A stretch of 64,000 bases of DNA from Octopus sinensis (Eukaryota). Position numbers and translations under genes: made by a program. The notes under the pieces were generated by a model that was not told where the DNA came from, made no database searches, and saw only the letters and a program-made list of their open reading frames with translations. Positions within the stretch are counted from its first letter, which is position 1, and the number at the start of each line of letters is the position of its first letter. The stretch covers positions 3,100,001-3,164,000 of the forward strand of contig NC_043002.1 of the NCBI RefSeq assembly GCF_006345805.1. The letters run 5' to 3'. Below, piece by piece: positions 50,022 to 63,059 of the stretch.

Positions 50022-51940
50022 ATAAGGGTTGGCAACATGTACACAGAAGAATTCAAAGTAGAGGTTGGGGTCCACCAGGGTTCAGTACTCAGCCCCCTCC
50101 TATTTATCATAGTCCTCCAGGCAATTACGGAGGAATTCAAGACAGGTTGCCCCTGGGAGCTCCTATATGCTGACGACCTTGCTCTAATTGCTGAGTCACT
50201 GTCAGAACTGGAGGAGAAGTTCCGGGTGTGGAAGGAGGGTCTAGAATCGAAGGGCCTTAGAGTCAACCTAGCTAAAACCAAAGTACTAATAAGTAGGAAG
50301 GTAGACAATCCACAAATGTCTTCAGGAAGATGGCCCTGCTCGATCTGTAGAAAAGGTGTAGGTAGAAACTCTATAAGATGCACCCAGTGTAAGCTATGGA
50401 CACATAAGAGGTGCAGCAATGTCAAAGGAAGGCTAACTGGGAAGATAGTTTTTGTATGTGGCAGATGCTCAGGAGCAATAATCTCTGAAAATCTGCAAAA
50501 AAACAACTTCCGTCACTTTCCAGGGGGAAAAACTAGAAGTAGTTGATAGCTTCTGTTATCTAGGTGACCAAGTCAGTAGTGGGGGTGGGTGCGCTGAAAG
50601 TGTAACTGCTAGAATAAGAATAGCCTGGGCAAAGTTTAGGGAGCTCTTACCTCTGCTGGTGACTAAAGGCCTCTCGCTCAGAGTAAAAGGCAGACTGTAA
50701 GATGCATGTGTACGAACAGCCATGCTACATGGCAGTGAAACATGGGCAGTGACTGCTGAGGACATGCGTAAGCTCGCGAGGAATGAAGCCAGTATGCTCC
50801 GATGGATGTGTAATGTCAGTGTGCATACTCGACAGAGCGTTAGTACCCTGAGAGAAATGTTGGACCTAAGAAGCATCAGTTGTGGTGTGCAAGAGAGACG
50901 ATTGCACTGGTATGGTCATGTGGCGAGAATGGATGAAGATAGGTGTGTGAAAAAGTGCCAATCCCTAGCAGTTGAGGGAACCCGTGGAAGAGGTAGACCC
51001 AGGAAAACCTGGGACAAGGTGGTGAAGCACGACCTTTGAACCTTGGGTCTCACTCAGGAAATGACCGGCGACCGAGACCTCTGGAAATATGCTGTGCGTG
51101 AAAAGACCAGGCAGGACAAGCGAGTCCAGCCCACTTATGCATGCCTTTCGTCCCTTGGACACACAAAGACCTGTTGAGGCAAGCGAAGTCGATATCGAAC
51201 CTCATCCGACGACAGGCACCTATGGCAAACCCCCTTTGCTTGCGAAGACCTGTTGGGGCAAGTGAAATCGAAATTGAACCAATCCTATGACTAGCACCCG
51301 GCAGATGCCAGGGCCCTGGGACTGGAGGTACGTAAAAAGCACTATCCGAATTGTGGCCGATGCCAGCGCCGCCTCGACTGGCTTCCGTGTCGGTGGCACG
51401 TAAAAAGCACCACCCGAATCGCAGCCGAAGCCAGTGCCGCCTCAACTGGCTTCCATAAAACGCCCCATCCGAATTGTGGCTGATGCCAGCGCCGCCTCGA
51501 CTGGCTTCCGTGTCGGTGGCACGTAAAAAGCACCACCCGAATCGCAGCCGAAGCCAGTGCCGCCTCAACTGGCTTCCATAAAATGCCCCATCCGAATTGT
51601 GGCTGATGCCAGCGCCGCCTCGACTGGCTTCCGTGTCGGTGGCACGTAAACAGAAACCATCCGAATCGTTGCCGAAGCCAGTGCCGCCTCGACTGGCTTC
51701 CTTAAAATGCACCAATCCGACCGTGGCCGATGCCAGCCCCGCCTGGCACCAGTGCAGGTGGCACGTAAAAAGTACCCACTACACTCACGGAGTGGTTGGC
51801 GTTAGGAAGGGCATCCAGCTGTAGAAACGTTGCCAGATAAGACCGGAGCCTGGTGCAGCCTTCTGGCTTCCCAGATCCCCGGTCGAACCGTCCAACCCAT
51901 GCTACCATGGAGAACGGACGTTAAACAATGATGATGATGA
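50022..51940 (+). mobile_element. Younger 5'-truncated RTE LINE with PHD finger, 123-bp UTR array and (ATG)n tail
   Basis: VGVHQGSVLSPLLFI, ELLYADDL, LRVNLAKTK, C4HC3 finger at 50337-50468, (fs) VDSFCYLGD, LHGSETW, RRLHWYGHVARM, RGRPRKTW. One frameshift in a poly-A run (about 50500) and a TAA at about 50698. Confidence 0.95.
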
Positions 51941-54900
51941 AGTTCCCTCATTGCAGATGGCACTTCTCAATCATCTTGGATAAGGATTCTAAAGACAACA
52001 AATCCACACAAAAAAAATTTCCATCTTAATACATAGATATTATTTCGGCTGCTGTTTCCATCAAGGCAGAATCACAGGCCCAAAATAATGTGGAGGTCAC
52101 ACCACATTAACTCACCCCCTGCCACTTGTAACCTCCCTTTGAACCTCTTACACCCAACTATTTCATCTTATCTTTTACAAAAAAAGCTTTCCTTCTTCAT
52201 TCTGGGATCTAGTTCTCTTCTTAATAACATCACTTGTGTAATTAAAACAATATTCAATGCATCAAATGTCACTGGTAGCAGCAGTTGCAACATTGGTTCA
52301 TCACAGACTAAACTGGTTCCCCACACAAGCTTCCCAGAAACCCAGCAGAGAAACAAACCAACCGCAGTCAAAACAGATGAACTCAATAACGGGTCGATTC
52401 TGAAACTCCAGGCGTTTCAGATGTCCAGCAAACTATCAGCTTACTGGGAGTGAGGTGTCCTTTAGCTTTTGTTAAAGCACACCTGGTTGGCCCAAGAGTA
52501 AACCCCATCCCTGCCTATAAAAAAAGCAAACCACTACAGGAAAGCAGGACAAAAGAGAACTCTGGAATCGGGAACCCTATTTAACCCCAGAACATTTTGA
52601 AGGTACATTATCTGTGTGAGGCTCCAATCCAGGTTCATTTGCTCTGCCAAATCCACACAACAGCTGAAGTTCAATGGTTGGAATAAATTGATTTCTTTTC
52701 GTCAATAGTTCCATTACCTGGACCAAAACATTCCACTAATAAAGTGAACAACAGGCTGAGATATTAGAATATTATATAGTAAGTCCTTCCATTTATAAAC
52801 TACTTAGTTCCAATAAAGCTTAGCAAACAGCAAGTGTTCCAGCCATGACCATCCAGCAGGATTCGACATGTCCACTATATTTTGAAAGCAGCGTGATGAA
52901 ATCGAGCTAGCAGTGGCACTTAATTCTCTGGTAAGTTGAGCAAACACTAAAGTTCCTCGTTTATCAGTTTTCATGCCTTGATATTCCTCGCCCATACCAG
53001 TAAGGGTCAAGCAAAATGTCAAAGCAGATTCCTCTGTTGCCAACAATCCCCTGCTTCTCAAATGATGTAGATTTCTTTTCACAGGTCTTTTGAACTGAAC
53101 CATAAAAGTTATTAAGCCATTTTGTGCTTGTAAAAAAGGTCCAGACAATGTTAAAAACTTGTGTACAATCAACTCCAAATCAAACCCAGTTTATACATAG
53201 ACACCAATTCAAATGGTCAAAAGTGAAGAAACAAGTGGTCTTATTTCTAATACCTAGTAAAATACTCAACAAGAATTCAATTTACATACAAAGCAGAAAA
53301 TGAGAGCAAGAAAAAAAGGGGTCATCATTTGGTTTCTTTTTTAATTGTTACAACAAAAAGCAAACATTTTACGACTCCTAAAAGAAGGTTAACTCCACCG
53401 ACCCCGTTACAACCTTCTTTTCGTCTCCTTCCCCAATTGTAGTCTCAGGTCTTTCTGCATCTTTCCTCGACTTCTGGCCATATTCACTTCTCTCACGGTA
53501 AACCATGCAACAATCTTTTCACGTCGTCGTCGTTTCTCTTTCCGCTTCACCCACCAAACAATTCTAACTCCTCCTCTGCTGCTCCCAGTTCCAGCAATAT
53601 TCCGGTCCTCATTAACACATCACTCCCTTCAACTAAATTAACAAAATATATTCACACCACACCAGTTCCAACAGTTCCTCGAACTGTCTCGTTGACACCT
53701 CGGCTAATAACCATCATCACATGACTACATCTTCAATGGAACATCCCAGCTTACTCTCCACATCTTTCCAAATATGCTACGAGATAATGTTAATATCTTA
53801 ACGAACCAACCTGATTAGATCACCGAGCAGGACCAGCACCCAGGACTTCAAATATAAAAAAACCTACTAATTAATCAATAAAAAACAATACTTTTATAAC
53901 AAACTTACATTTTCAGAAAAATTAACACACTGAAAGATCCGACTTAGAAATAATCCCAAAACCCTAGTCTTACAAGCCGAAACACACACACACAGCTGTG
54001 GCTAATATTAAAATGTGTATTATAATTTAAAGACTATTTGCTTCCCCTTGCCTTGCTTAGGCAATAACCTAGAATATTTAATCAATAAAAATTTTATAAA
54101 AACCAATTCATATTTAACAAGCAGGAAACTTACAAACAAGTCTAATAAAAAGCCAAAATCGAGAATTAAGTTAAAAGGGAAATAGCCTCTCATTCCATTC
54201 ACTTCGAGGCCCCTCGTGGGTAATAAAGAAAGGATTCCATTCACTTTGAATAATGACAGAAAAAAATATTTGACATTTGTAAAACCAACGAAATAGATTT
54301 TGAAATGAATTCAGATAAATGTAAAATAAAGTTAGCTACCTCAAGACATCATCATCCAAACAGAACTAGCAGAGGATCAATTAAAACTGGTGGAGCATCG
54401 AAGGTTCCTGCAGCTCATTTACAAAGCAGAATATCAAATGAAGAAACATTTTAGACTCTAATTAAACAAGTGTTAAAATAAAGCCCAAGTCAAAAACATT
54501 TCCTACGTGCCTGAATTCTTTCAAAGAATCGCCCTCCCCACCTCACCAGGCTGGAACAACTTCAAAAGAGGCCTTATTGTGTAAATGTTAACATTCTGAA
54601 TAGAGACCGAACACTTTAAAATAAAAATATAAAGCTAGAGAAACATGTTGCTTACATATAAAAGTACAGCTTTTATTAGTTTTAGTTTTTTTTATGTTTA
54701 ATTACAAAATAGAAGTGAAAAATATTGAGAGAGAATTCTTCTAATGAAAATTAGTCAACAACACAATTTTCTGTCTGTGACGTTTAATTTTATTACATGA
54801 AGAGGAGCAGTTAATGTAGTAATGATCCGAGTACATTGTGGTGTATGAAAGCTAGTATATGTCTACTAACAGTAACAGTTTTACAATAACTACTAGTTAA

Positions 54901-56853
54901 CTGCCAAGGGAATGAAGAGGGACATAGAACTTAACTAGAACCTACTTGTTGGAAAAATCAGAGATATATAACACCAACAGGCATCTAGACACAAGAAGTA
55001 AATGTAAAAAAAAAAAATGTTTTTAATTAGCTGAATCTTAGATGAAAAATAAAAGTGATATGAAACCCACAACCACAATTAACTAATTCTGCTAATGAAA
55101 TAGTTTGGCACAAGTGTAAATAAGTTGCATTAGTTCGTGCAACCATTCAACTGGTTTAACTCCCAAACAATGCTGAAATTTAGAGGGAAAGGAAAAAAAA
55201 TAAAAACCATGCCCATACACACTAGTGGCTTTAACTTGAGCAGTTAAAATATTTTCCACCTGTCTTTGATTAGTCAGTCACATGAAAATCAAATGGAAAG
55301 TAGTCCACTGCTAATATGAAAATTTAACATCAATCTTGGTGCCAAACAATGCCTCCTTTTTTTATAATAATATTGCAATATATATTTAATATTGTAACAT
55401 ATTATAAGGTTTTACATCTTAGCAACTAAATAAATTTTGGCTGTAATAATGGTACAAGTACTTCAAGTGCTAGAAGAAAAAAGTAAATAAGGGAAAGGAG
55501 AAAGAATTTGATTAAAATCCATTTATTTCACGAGACACAGGCATGGGAGCACTACCATTTTCTAATACAAGTAATGAATCAAGGAAATTAGCAAGTTTAC
55601 ATACAGCATCCTAATCCAGCAAGTCTTCACAAATGAACAATACAGTACAAACAGCAATTTTCAATATGAGATTCTTAAAGGTACTAATGACAATGAGAAT
55701 TCATATACTTGTAGCCTCCTTAGTGATGATCCAAGTAAAGTGTTGTTGAGTGAGAAGCAGTTGGGAACACGACAACAATGTCCCTACCCCCATACAGTTC
55801 TTCTCAATCCAATCTTTTGTTATAAGATATTACGTAATTGACTACTTGAACCAAATTAACAATCTTTGCAGCAAACCCCACCAAGCTCAGATTACAATCA
55901 AACTTGGTTGGACCAGTTGTCTACTGTACAATCATCAAGTGTATGTCACCGATAATGAAATCAGATGAGTCATGATCACAATGAAACGGTCTCTAAAGAA
56001 AAATGGCATAGATATGTTACATGGAGATATATACAACTTTTGTGAATGAGTAAATCTAATAAGTTGTAAGTACAATAGCTTTTTGTAAAAATAAAGTACA
56101 TGACTGCAAAAAGTCCACTTTGAAAACCTATAATTAACAATTTAATTACTTTCATGTTTAATTGTCAAATATTGATGTTCCATGTCATTGTTACAAGCTT
56201 ACAAATGTGGACGATTCTTATATAATAAAAACAGTTTGCTTACCTTGCCTAAAAAGAGAGGCAGAGATTTATAAAGGAGGTGAAATTTGGTTTTAAATGA
56301 AGTAATGTTTAAAAAGAATATTTGAATGAAGATAGAGAAGTAAAAAAAGGTAAAATACAATAAATTCCTGGGGAGTTAAAGTGGGTAGGTTGTGTAATTT
56401 GGATTTATCAGCATTTAAAGCTGGCTTTTTTTTTTGTAATATTGGCTTTTTTTTCTTTTTCTTTTTCCTTTTTTTTTGAATACCAACTAATCCCAGCAGT
56501 AGCAGCAATGTCCCTATTTCATTCCCAAACACAAACAAGACCTAATTCACTTTCATCAGCAGGGATTTCCATAGAACAATGAAAAGCATTCATCCAAAAA
56601 TGGTACAGCAAAGGGGGGGGGGAGTGGGTGAAAGAAGTTGGCGTGACAATATCAATGAATTTTGAGAGATGAACTATTATTAATACTCATCTTGTTTTTG
56701 TGGTTTGTAATAAAACATGCTCTTGTACCAGTTTCTCTGCCAAATAAAATTGCCACACATCCCAGACAGACTGTTATAGGACACTACACAAGATGATTGA
56801 CTGTACAAAATGTGGACATAAAAATTGCTGAAACAAACTTAATCATTTGTAAT

Positions 56854-57042
<189 letters not shown>

Positions 57043-57191
57043 CTAACAATGTGTGTGTGTGTGCGTATTTGTACACACACTGTCAAGACGTCGAAATTAA
57101 TACTAATTTTCAAAAACAATTTCCCACTTGTGTACCATAACAAAAAATCTCGTAATTTACATAGGTGATTTTCAAGATAAAAATTGTTTAA

Positions 57192-57625
57192 CCAACTCAG
57201 CTGAAACCGGCTCTGTCTCTGAGTACAAATGTCTTCCTTTCATAAGTTTTGAATTATAATCTTCCACCAAACCTTAGTCATAATTTATGTTCCTAACACA
57301 AGCTTAACCCTTTAGTGTTTAAACTGGCCAAATCCGGCCCAATATATTCTACATGTTTTATATTCAAACTGGCAATATCTAGCCTCTCACTCCTAACCTA
57401 CAATGCCGTTCTGAAAATAAACAATCATATCATTGAAACCTCAAAGCTATAACATAATGCATGATTAATTCAAAACAATTTGAGTGAAAAAGTATTACAT
57501 TTAACAGAGTATTCTGAACACTAAAGGATTAATGATAACTAAGTTATTTTACTAAATTCTCTGTTATATTTAAAGTAATTGAAAGAAACACAGAGCATCT
57601 CAAAATAAATACATTAACAAAAGGG
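57192..57625. mobile_element. piggyBac-type MITE type 1 (host), same family as 13639-13861
   Basis: Collinear with 13639-13861 once the insert is removed. Ends AAAGGG|TTAA; the left TIR is partly deleted. Confidence 0.75.
57308..57528. mobile_element. piggyBac-type MITE type 2 nested in type 1
   Basis: TTAA TSD at 57304-07 and 57529-32. TIRs CCCTTTAGTGTT / AACACTAAAGGA (11/12). Related copies at about 60365-60555 and 63500-63680. Confidence 0.8.
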
Positions 57626-57980
57626 TTAACAAAAAAAAAAAAGCTTTTTGCTCATGTAAAATTCACACCCAAAAGTTTTCAGTATTGCCGATGTGGCAGT
57701 GGGGTTCAATTTAGTTGTATTTAGCATAATTTCACTTATTAAATTTTCATTAAAAATAATTTCTGTTTAACAGGTATCACAATGAAAGCTATCAAATTAC
57801 AAAGTGTTTGTGTTGTTTATAACAAGCATTATTTTACATTTCTTGCCCACAAGGGATTATTATGGCCTATCTTTAGCATACTGCTGTATCTAATCAAATC
57901 ACAATTACTGGAATTATTAACAAAAACTAAGCTGATAAATATGCACAGGTGTTGCAAATTAAGTTTGATTATCAACATCA

Positions 57981-58440
57981 TCTCGAAAGAGTCCAGAAGC
58001 TGGCTACCCGCATGGTTCATGGTCTCAAAAATTTGTCCTACGAAGAAAGGCTGAGGACGCTCGACCTTTATTCTCTTGAAAAACGCCGCCGCCGTGGTGA
58101 TCTCATTCTCGCCCACAACATCACAAGCGGAAAGTGTAACCTCTCGAAAGAGCTGTTCTTCACTCCTGCTCCAGAGCGTCGGCTGCGGGGTCATTCCAAA
58201 AAGCTCTACCTGCGACGATTTCATCTCAATCGAAGGAGAGGAGCTTTCTCCGTCCGGGTTGCGGATCCGTGGAACAAGCTGCCAGACGAGATGGTGAAGA
58301 TGCCGACGACCGCTTTGTTCAAAGCCTCCCTTGACCTCAAGTGGCCTGAACTCTTTACATGAACACCACCCTGTACTTAACTCCATGTCCCCCTACATGG
58401 CCTTGCTATTTGCTTTTGAGCCAAATTAACTAACTAACTA
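57981..58440 (+). mobile_element. CR1-clade LINE 3' end (second family) in the HP1 intron
   Basis: LERVQKLATRMVHGLKNLSYEERLRTLDLYSLEKRRRRGDLI..LRGH..FSVRVADPWNKLP with an uninterrupted frame and a (TAAC)n tail. Confidence 0.92.
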
Positions 58441-58879
58441 ACATCAGCTTGGATGACACTTTACTCAACCAAGTAAAATATGGCCTGGACCATAATTACT
58501 AGCATGAATGTCTCAGACTTCAAAATGTAAATTTTTTGTAAATTTATACAGAAAAATATCATCCAGCATAAATAAAAGTCAACTTATTATTTTTTTCTGT
58601 AAAAACCTTTTCTGACATTAAATGAGTCAACTTCCAGAACAAATGTTTACCTTTTGTTCGTCCTTTTTCAACAACAAAAAATTTCTTTAAAAAATTCTGA
58701 AAATGATCTCATGTAATTTATGCACCCCTAAAGTTTAATTTTATTATTGTGAAAAACAACCATAAATTACATGTATTCTTACGGTAATTGTATCACCACC
58801 ACCACAAAACCTAGTATGTACACTCATCCTGCACCTCTTTTTACCTCTCTGTATCTCTTGCAGGGGATGGGGCAGTGCG

Positions 58880-59190
58880 AAATGTGACAGGATAAAACCA
58901 ACCGACCATGGCCATCGACAGACATCACAGTCACTCCGACAATTACAAGGATTCCAGTTGATCTGATCAACACAACAGTCTGCTCGTGAAACGAGTGTGC
59001 ATGTGGCTGAGCACTCCACAGACACACCCTTCACATAGTTCTCAAGGAGATTTAGCATGATACAGAATGTGACACAACTCATTTTGGTCGGCTGAGTGGA
59101 AGCAAAGTGAAATAAAGTGTCTGGCACAAGAACAGCGCACAACCAGGAATTGAACTCACGTCCTTAGTCATGAGTCGAATACCCTAACCT
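58880..59190 (-). mobile_element. SINE family C
   Basis: GGATTCCAGTTGATCTGATCAA..GGCTGAGCACTCCACAGACAC..GGAATTGAACTC, matching 45470-45770. Confidence 0.7.
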
Positions 59191-59879
59191 TTCATTAGAT
59201 ACAGTTTTTCTCCTGCTCTTTATTATTGCTGTGATGCATTAAAACCCTACACAATACACACTCTTATTTGAGATTGAGTTTTACCCCCATTGCCTACCCA
59301 TACACGTTTCCAAGCAAAGCAGTACTTCCCCATTGCCAGACATGTTCTTGCAGGATATTAGAATGGAAATGACACTCCTTGAATGATAGAAGCAGCCAGT
59401 CACAACTATCATGGCAAGGTGACACAAGCACTTACATCCATTTGTCTATTTATCATCCATCTTTCATGCTTGCATGGGTTGGCCAGGCAGAAGAAGACTG
59501 GAACAGACTTCTGGGTCTGTTTTGGCACCCTTTTTACAGCTCGATGCCCTTCCAAACACCAATCACTTCACACAGTGTAGACTGGATACTGAGTCATTTA
59601 ACATACATTTTCAATGCTGGCCTAGATTGGACAGTTTGACCAGGTCAGTTAAACCATGGGGCTGCATCATGCTCTACTATTTAGCTTGACATGGTTTTTG
59701 TGGTCGGATGCCTTTCCTAATGCCAACCACTTTACAGAGTGTGGACTGGGTGCTTCTTTTCACGTCACCAACACCAGTGGGATTGTCAAGGAACTTGTAA
59801 TACAGAAAAGGGAAAAGCCCCTTTCTCTAAATAGGAGAGTATTATACATACAGACAACTCAAAATGGCACTCCGGTTAT

Positions 59880-60170
59880 GAAAACTAAGGTTCCAGTAGA
59901 GCCAACCAAAGGAACAGCTTGTTTGTGAAATTAATGTGAATGTGAATACACACTCCACAGGCAGATATGTATCCTTAAAAAAAAGGTCTCAGAAAGATTC
60001 AGCAGGACACAATGTGAGATGGTTGGCCCTTTGAAATCCAAGTACAGTTTTGCCAGCTGAATGGACCTGAGCAATGTGAAAGAACTTTGATCAAGGACAA
60101 CATGCTGCTGCTGAGAATGGAACTCACAACCTGATGATCCTGAACCAAATACCCCAACCAGAGCCACACA
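59880..60170 (-). mobile_element. SINE family C, degenerate
   Basis: TTTGCCAGCTGAATGGACCTGAGCAA..GATCAAGGACAAC..GGAACTCACAACC. Confidence 0.6.
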
Positions 60171-61919
60171 AACATTTACTGGACACAAGTTTGTCTAACA
60201 GGGTTGGGTCTTTAATCTTCTAATGTACTTTTGAAAAACTCAACCATGTTTGCTTGCCTGACCAACCAGCCCTTTCGGGAGGGAGCTCTCTGACCCCCAT
60301 TTTATGAATTCTTCCACCATCTCCTACAAACTGCCTTCCATTTCTAACCACACAACCTTTCTTAACCCTTTAGCATTTAAACTAGCCATATATGGCCAAT
60401 CATTCTCCCTGCATTATGCTCAAAGCAGCCAGATCCAGCCTCTCACACCTTCCTGATAATGTTATTCTTAAAACATGCAATCACATCCATCAACATCTCA
60501 AAGCTATCAGATAATGCAGGATTTCATTGGACAGAATAATTTGAATGCTGAAGAATTATTGCTAGAATTTGTCTTAATTCTATCAATGCCAAACTGGATT
60601 TCTCAAAATCACTACAAACACAGCTTTACAACCACTCTGTCCAATCTGGATTAATTAATTTTTGCAGATTCTTCAACCGTTTTGAAGAATCTGCAAACGT
60701 GGTGCACCTGTTATGTGTAGAGGCACTCAAATTGGAAGTTCAGTAATGTGCACAATACTTTTACACAACATATCTCAGCATAATATTGGCTAATAATTTG
60801 CAGGGTGAGATTTAAATTAATTTCAAAAGTAAACAAGAATTAGTTTTGAGATGAAAATCCACCACAGATTTACAGAGAAACCCCTTACTATTTCAAATAT
60901 GCACATCATCAATAAACAAAGGAGATATGTCCCCATTGTCTGAAATCAGACTAAGATCTTGATCGTTTTAAAATCTAAATCATGTGAAAGTGTATTTGTT
61001 TTAAAGCAATCAATAAATGAGAAAGTAAAAATTAAAACCAAAAACGTTACCCATCTGCAATAAGAAACCGTGAAGTAAGACTGAAAGGCTACAACAGTGA
61101 GATGAATATAAAAGCGGACAAACAAAGGCAGAGAAAGCTTCACACATTCGCTATCGGCCATTCTCTTCCCAATTACATCTCGTTGATGAAGACAACTTTT
61201 CGCTATCATACTTCAACTTTTCAATCACTTGACACATTCTTCAATACTGAAGCCCAATTCAGTTGAAGGATTGGTCTTACAAGTTGTCACCTCACTCGTG
61301 CCACTGTCACAGGTGCCAGTAGACACTATAAAGCAGCCAGCCATTAGGAAGTAGAAGAAGCTATGCCAAAGCTGACAATGGAACTCACACAAAATACCAC
61401 AACATTTTCAGGCTAAAGCGATTTGTCCCATAACCTATGAATTCAACAAATGGTGATGAAACCCTAAAGAGTAGTGCCCTTGCAGTCCAATCACTGAAAC
61501 CAGTAAAAGAAATGGCACTTCTATCTTCTGTTATTAGCTCTGAAATCGAAGAATTACTTCAATTTCTTATTGTTTTATAGACATTCAATTGAAAATAACT
61601 GATAATTTGCAGTTGAAATGCCTCCTCCTAAATATTCAACACCTTCTGTTGAGTTTACTTTGAACAAATTTTACAAGACTTTCTTTTCATTATTATTTCA
61701 CTACATGAATAGACAGTAACAGAGGGAAAATTATCAATATCTGGAACGTGTGTATGTATGTAGACCCTAAAAACTGGACATCAATCACTCCATTATTTCA
61801 CATTACGAGCTAGTCAATGCTAGTATCAACAAAAAAAACATTTTAGCTTTGGGAATAGTATTAGAGAATTACATATGTGATGATATTGTATAATTTAATA
61901 TTGATATGCGATGGTTCAA

Positions 61920-62390
61920 AATAAGTGAAGAAGCCAGCAATGTATCTCAGGATGTGCATACAACTGAGTTTATGTGACTTGAGAGAGAATCAGGGTACAC
62001 CAAGCATCAGATGCAGTGCGCAAACAAGGAGATTGTGCTGGAATAGGTATGTGATGCATATAAGGACAGCTGCATCAAGAAGCACCAATCTCTAATTGTG
62101 GAGAGAACATGTTGAAGACCTAGGAAAAACAAGGGTCACAGTGGTGATAAACGATCATTGAACATTGGCCCACTTCTGCTGTACACCCATCTAAGTAAAA
62201 TCAGGGATGCCCATAAACATAGGCATGTCCTCTATATCCTGCTCTCAGATGCCAGGGTCATGTAAAAAGCACCCAGTCCCCACACTGTAAAGTGGTTGGG
62301 GTTAGGAAGTGCATCCAGCTGTAGAAACCATGTCTTCAGCTCCTGTCAAACCATCCAACCCCTGCCAATGGTGATGAACCAATGAGGTTT
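61920..62390 (+). mobile_element. Decayed RTE C-terminus plus UTR
   Basis: Resembles 50800-51050 and the RTE terminus (AAAAAGCACCCAG..GGTTAGGAAGTGCATCCAGCTGTAGAAAC). Confidence 0.6.
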
Positions 62391-63059
62391 CCCAAGTTGT
62401 CAAGAAGCCTTTCTCCTGTACGAATCTCATCAGGCTGCTTCTTATCTAATAACCGAGGCATTAAGTCAACAATTCTCATCTATGTAATTGATTAGTCATA
62501 CATTATCGTAAAATACTTTACATTGATAAAATAGGGCAAAAAAATTCAAAATCTTGAAAAATACCCAAGAAAAAGGCTAAAAAAAAAAAAAGGATCTCTT
62601 TTATCATTTCCAATTCACCTTAGATCTCGGTCCGACAGCTCACCAGAGTTAAAATTCAGTCCTCAGAGAATGGGATTATATCAAAGAACTTTCCTTAAAA
62701 AAACTGTAGGATTATTTGCCAGGCACTTTCAACTTAGAATGAAACTAAACCACACTGCATATCTTCCTTTCATTACCTCACATATAATACAAAATAAAAG
62801 GTGACCTTTTTTTTTTTGTTTTGAGTGGTTTTCTTAATAGAACTAATAAATTTCGTTATGGCCTTTTCATCTTTCAATTATCACATTTGGGCCTTCTTCC
62901 AAATTACTTACACTTGACAAAATGTCATGCAAGCCAAAAGACATCATTTAAGAATCACAAATTAAAACTACAATCTCATTCAGATACTTTCATTGCTTGA
63001 AAGATGGGGTTTTGTCTTAAATAATCTTCAAATGTTGGGCCACACAGAAGCAATGATTA

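Noticed and set aside
52088-53178. 121-aa and 124-aa ORFs on opposite strands
   Set aside because: There is no recognisable domain or splice structure; they are consistent with chance ORFs in UTR-like sequence.
62395-62440. CUGAUGA...GAAA on the minus strand
   Set aside because: Neither stem I nor stem II can be formed, so it is a chance match.
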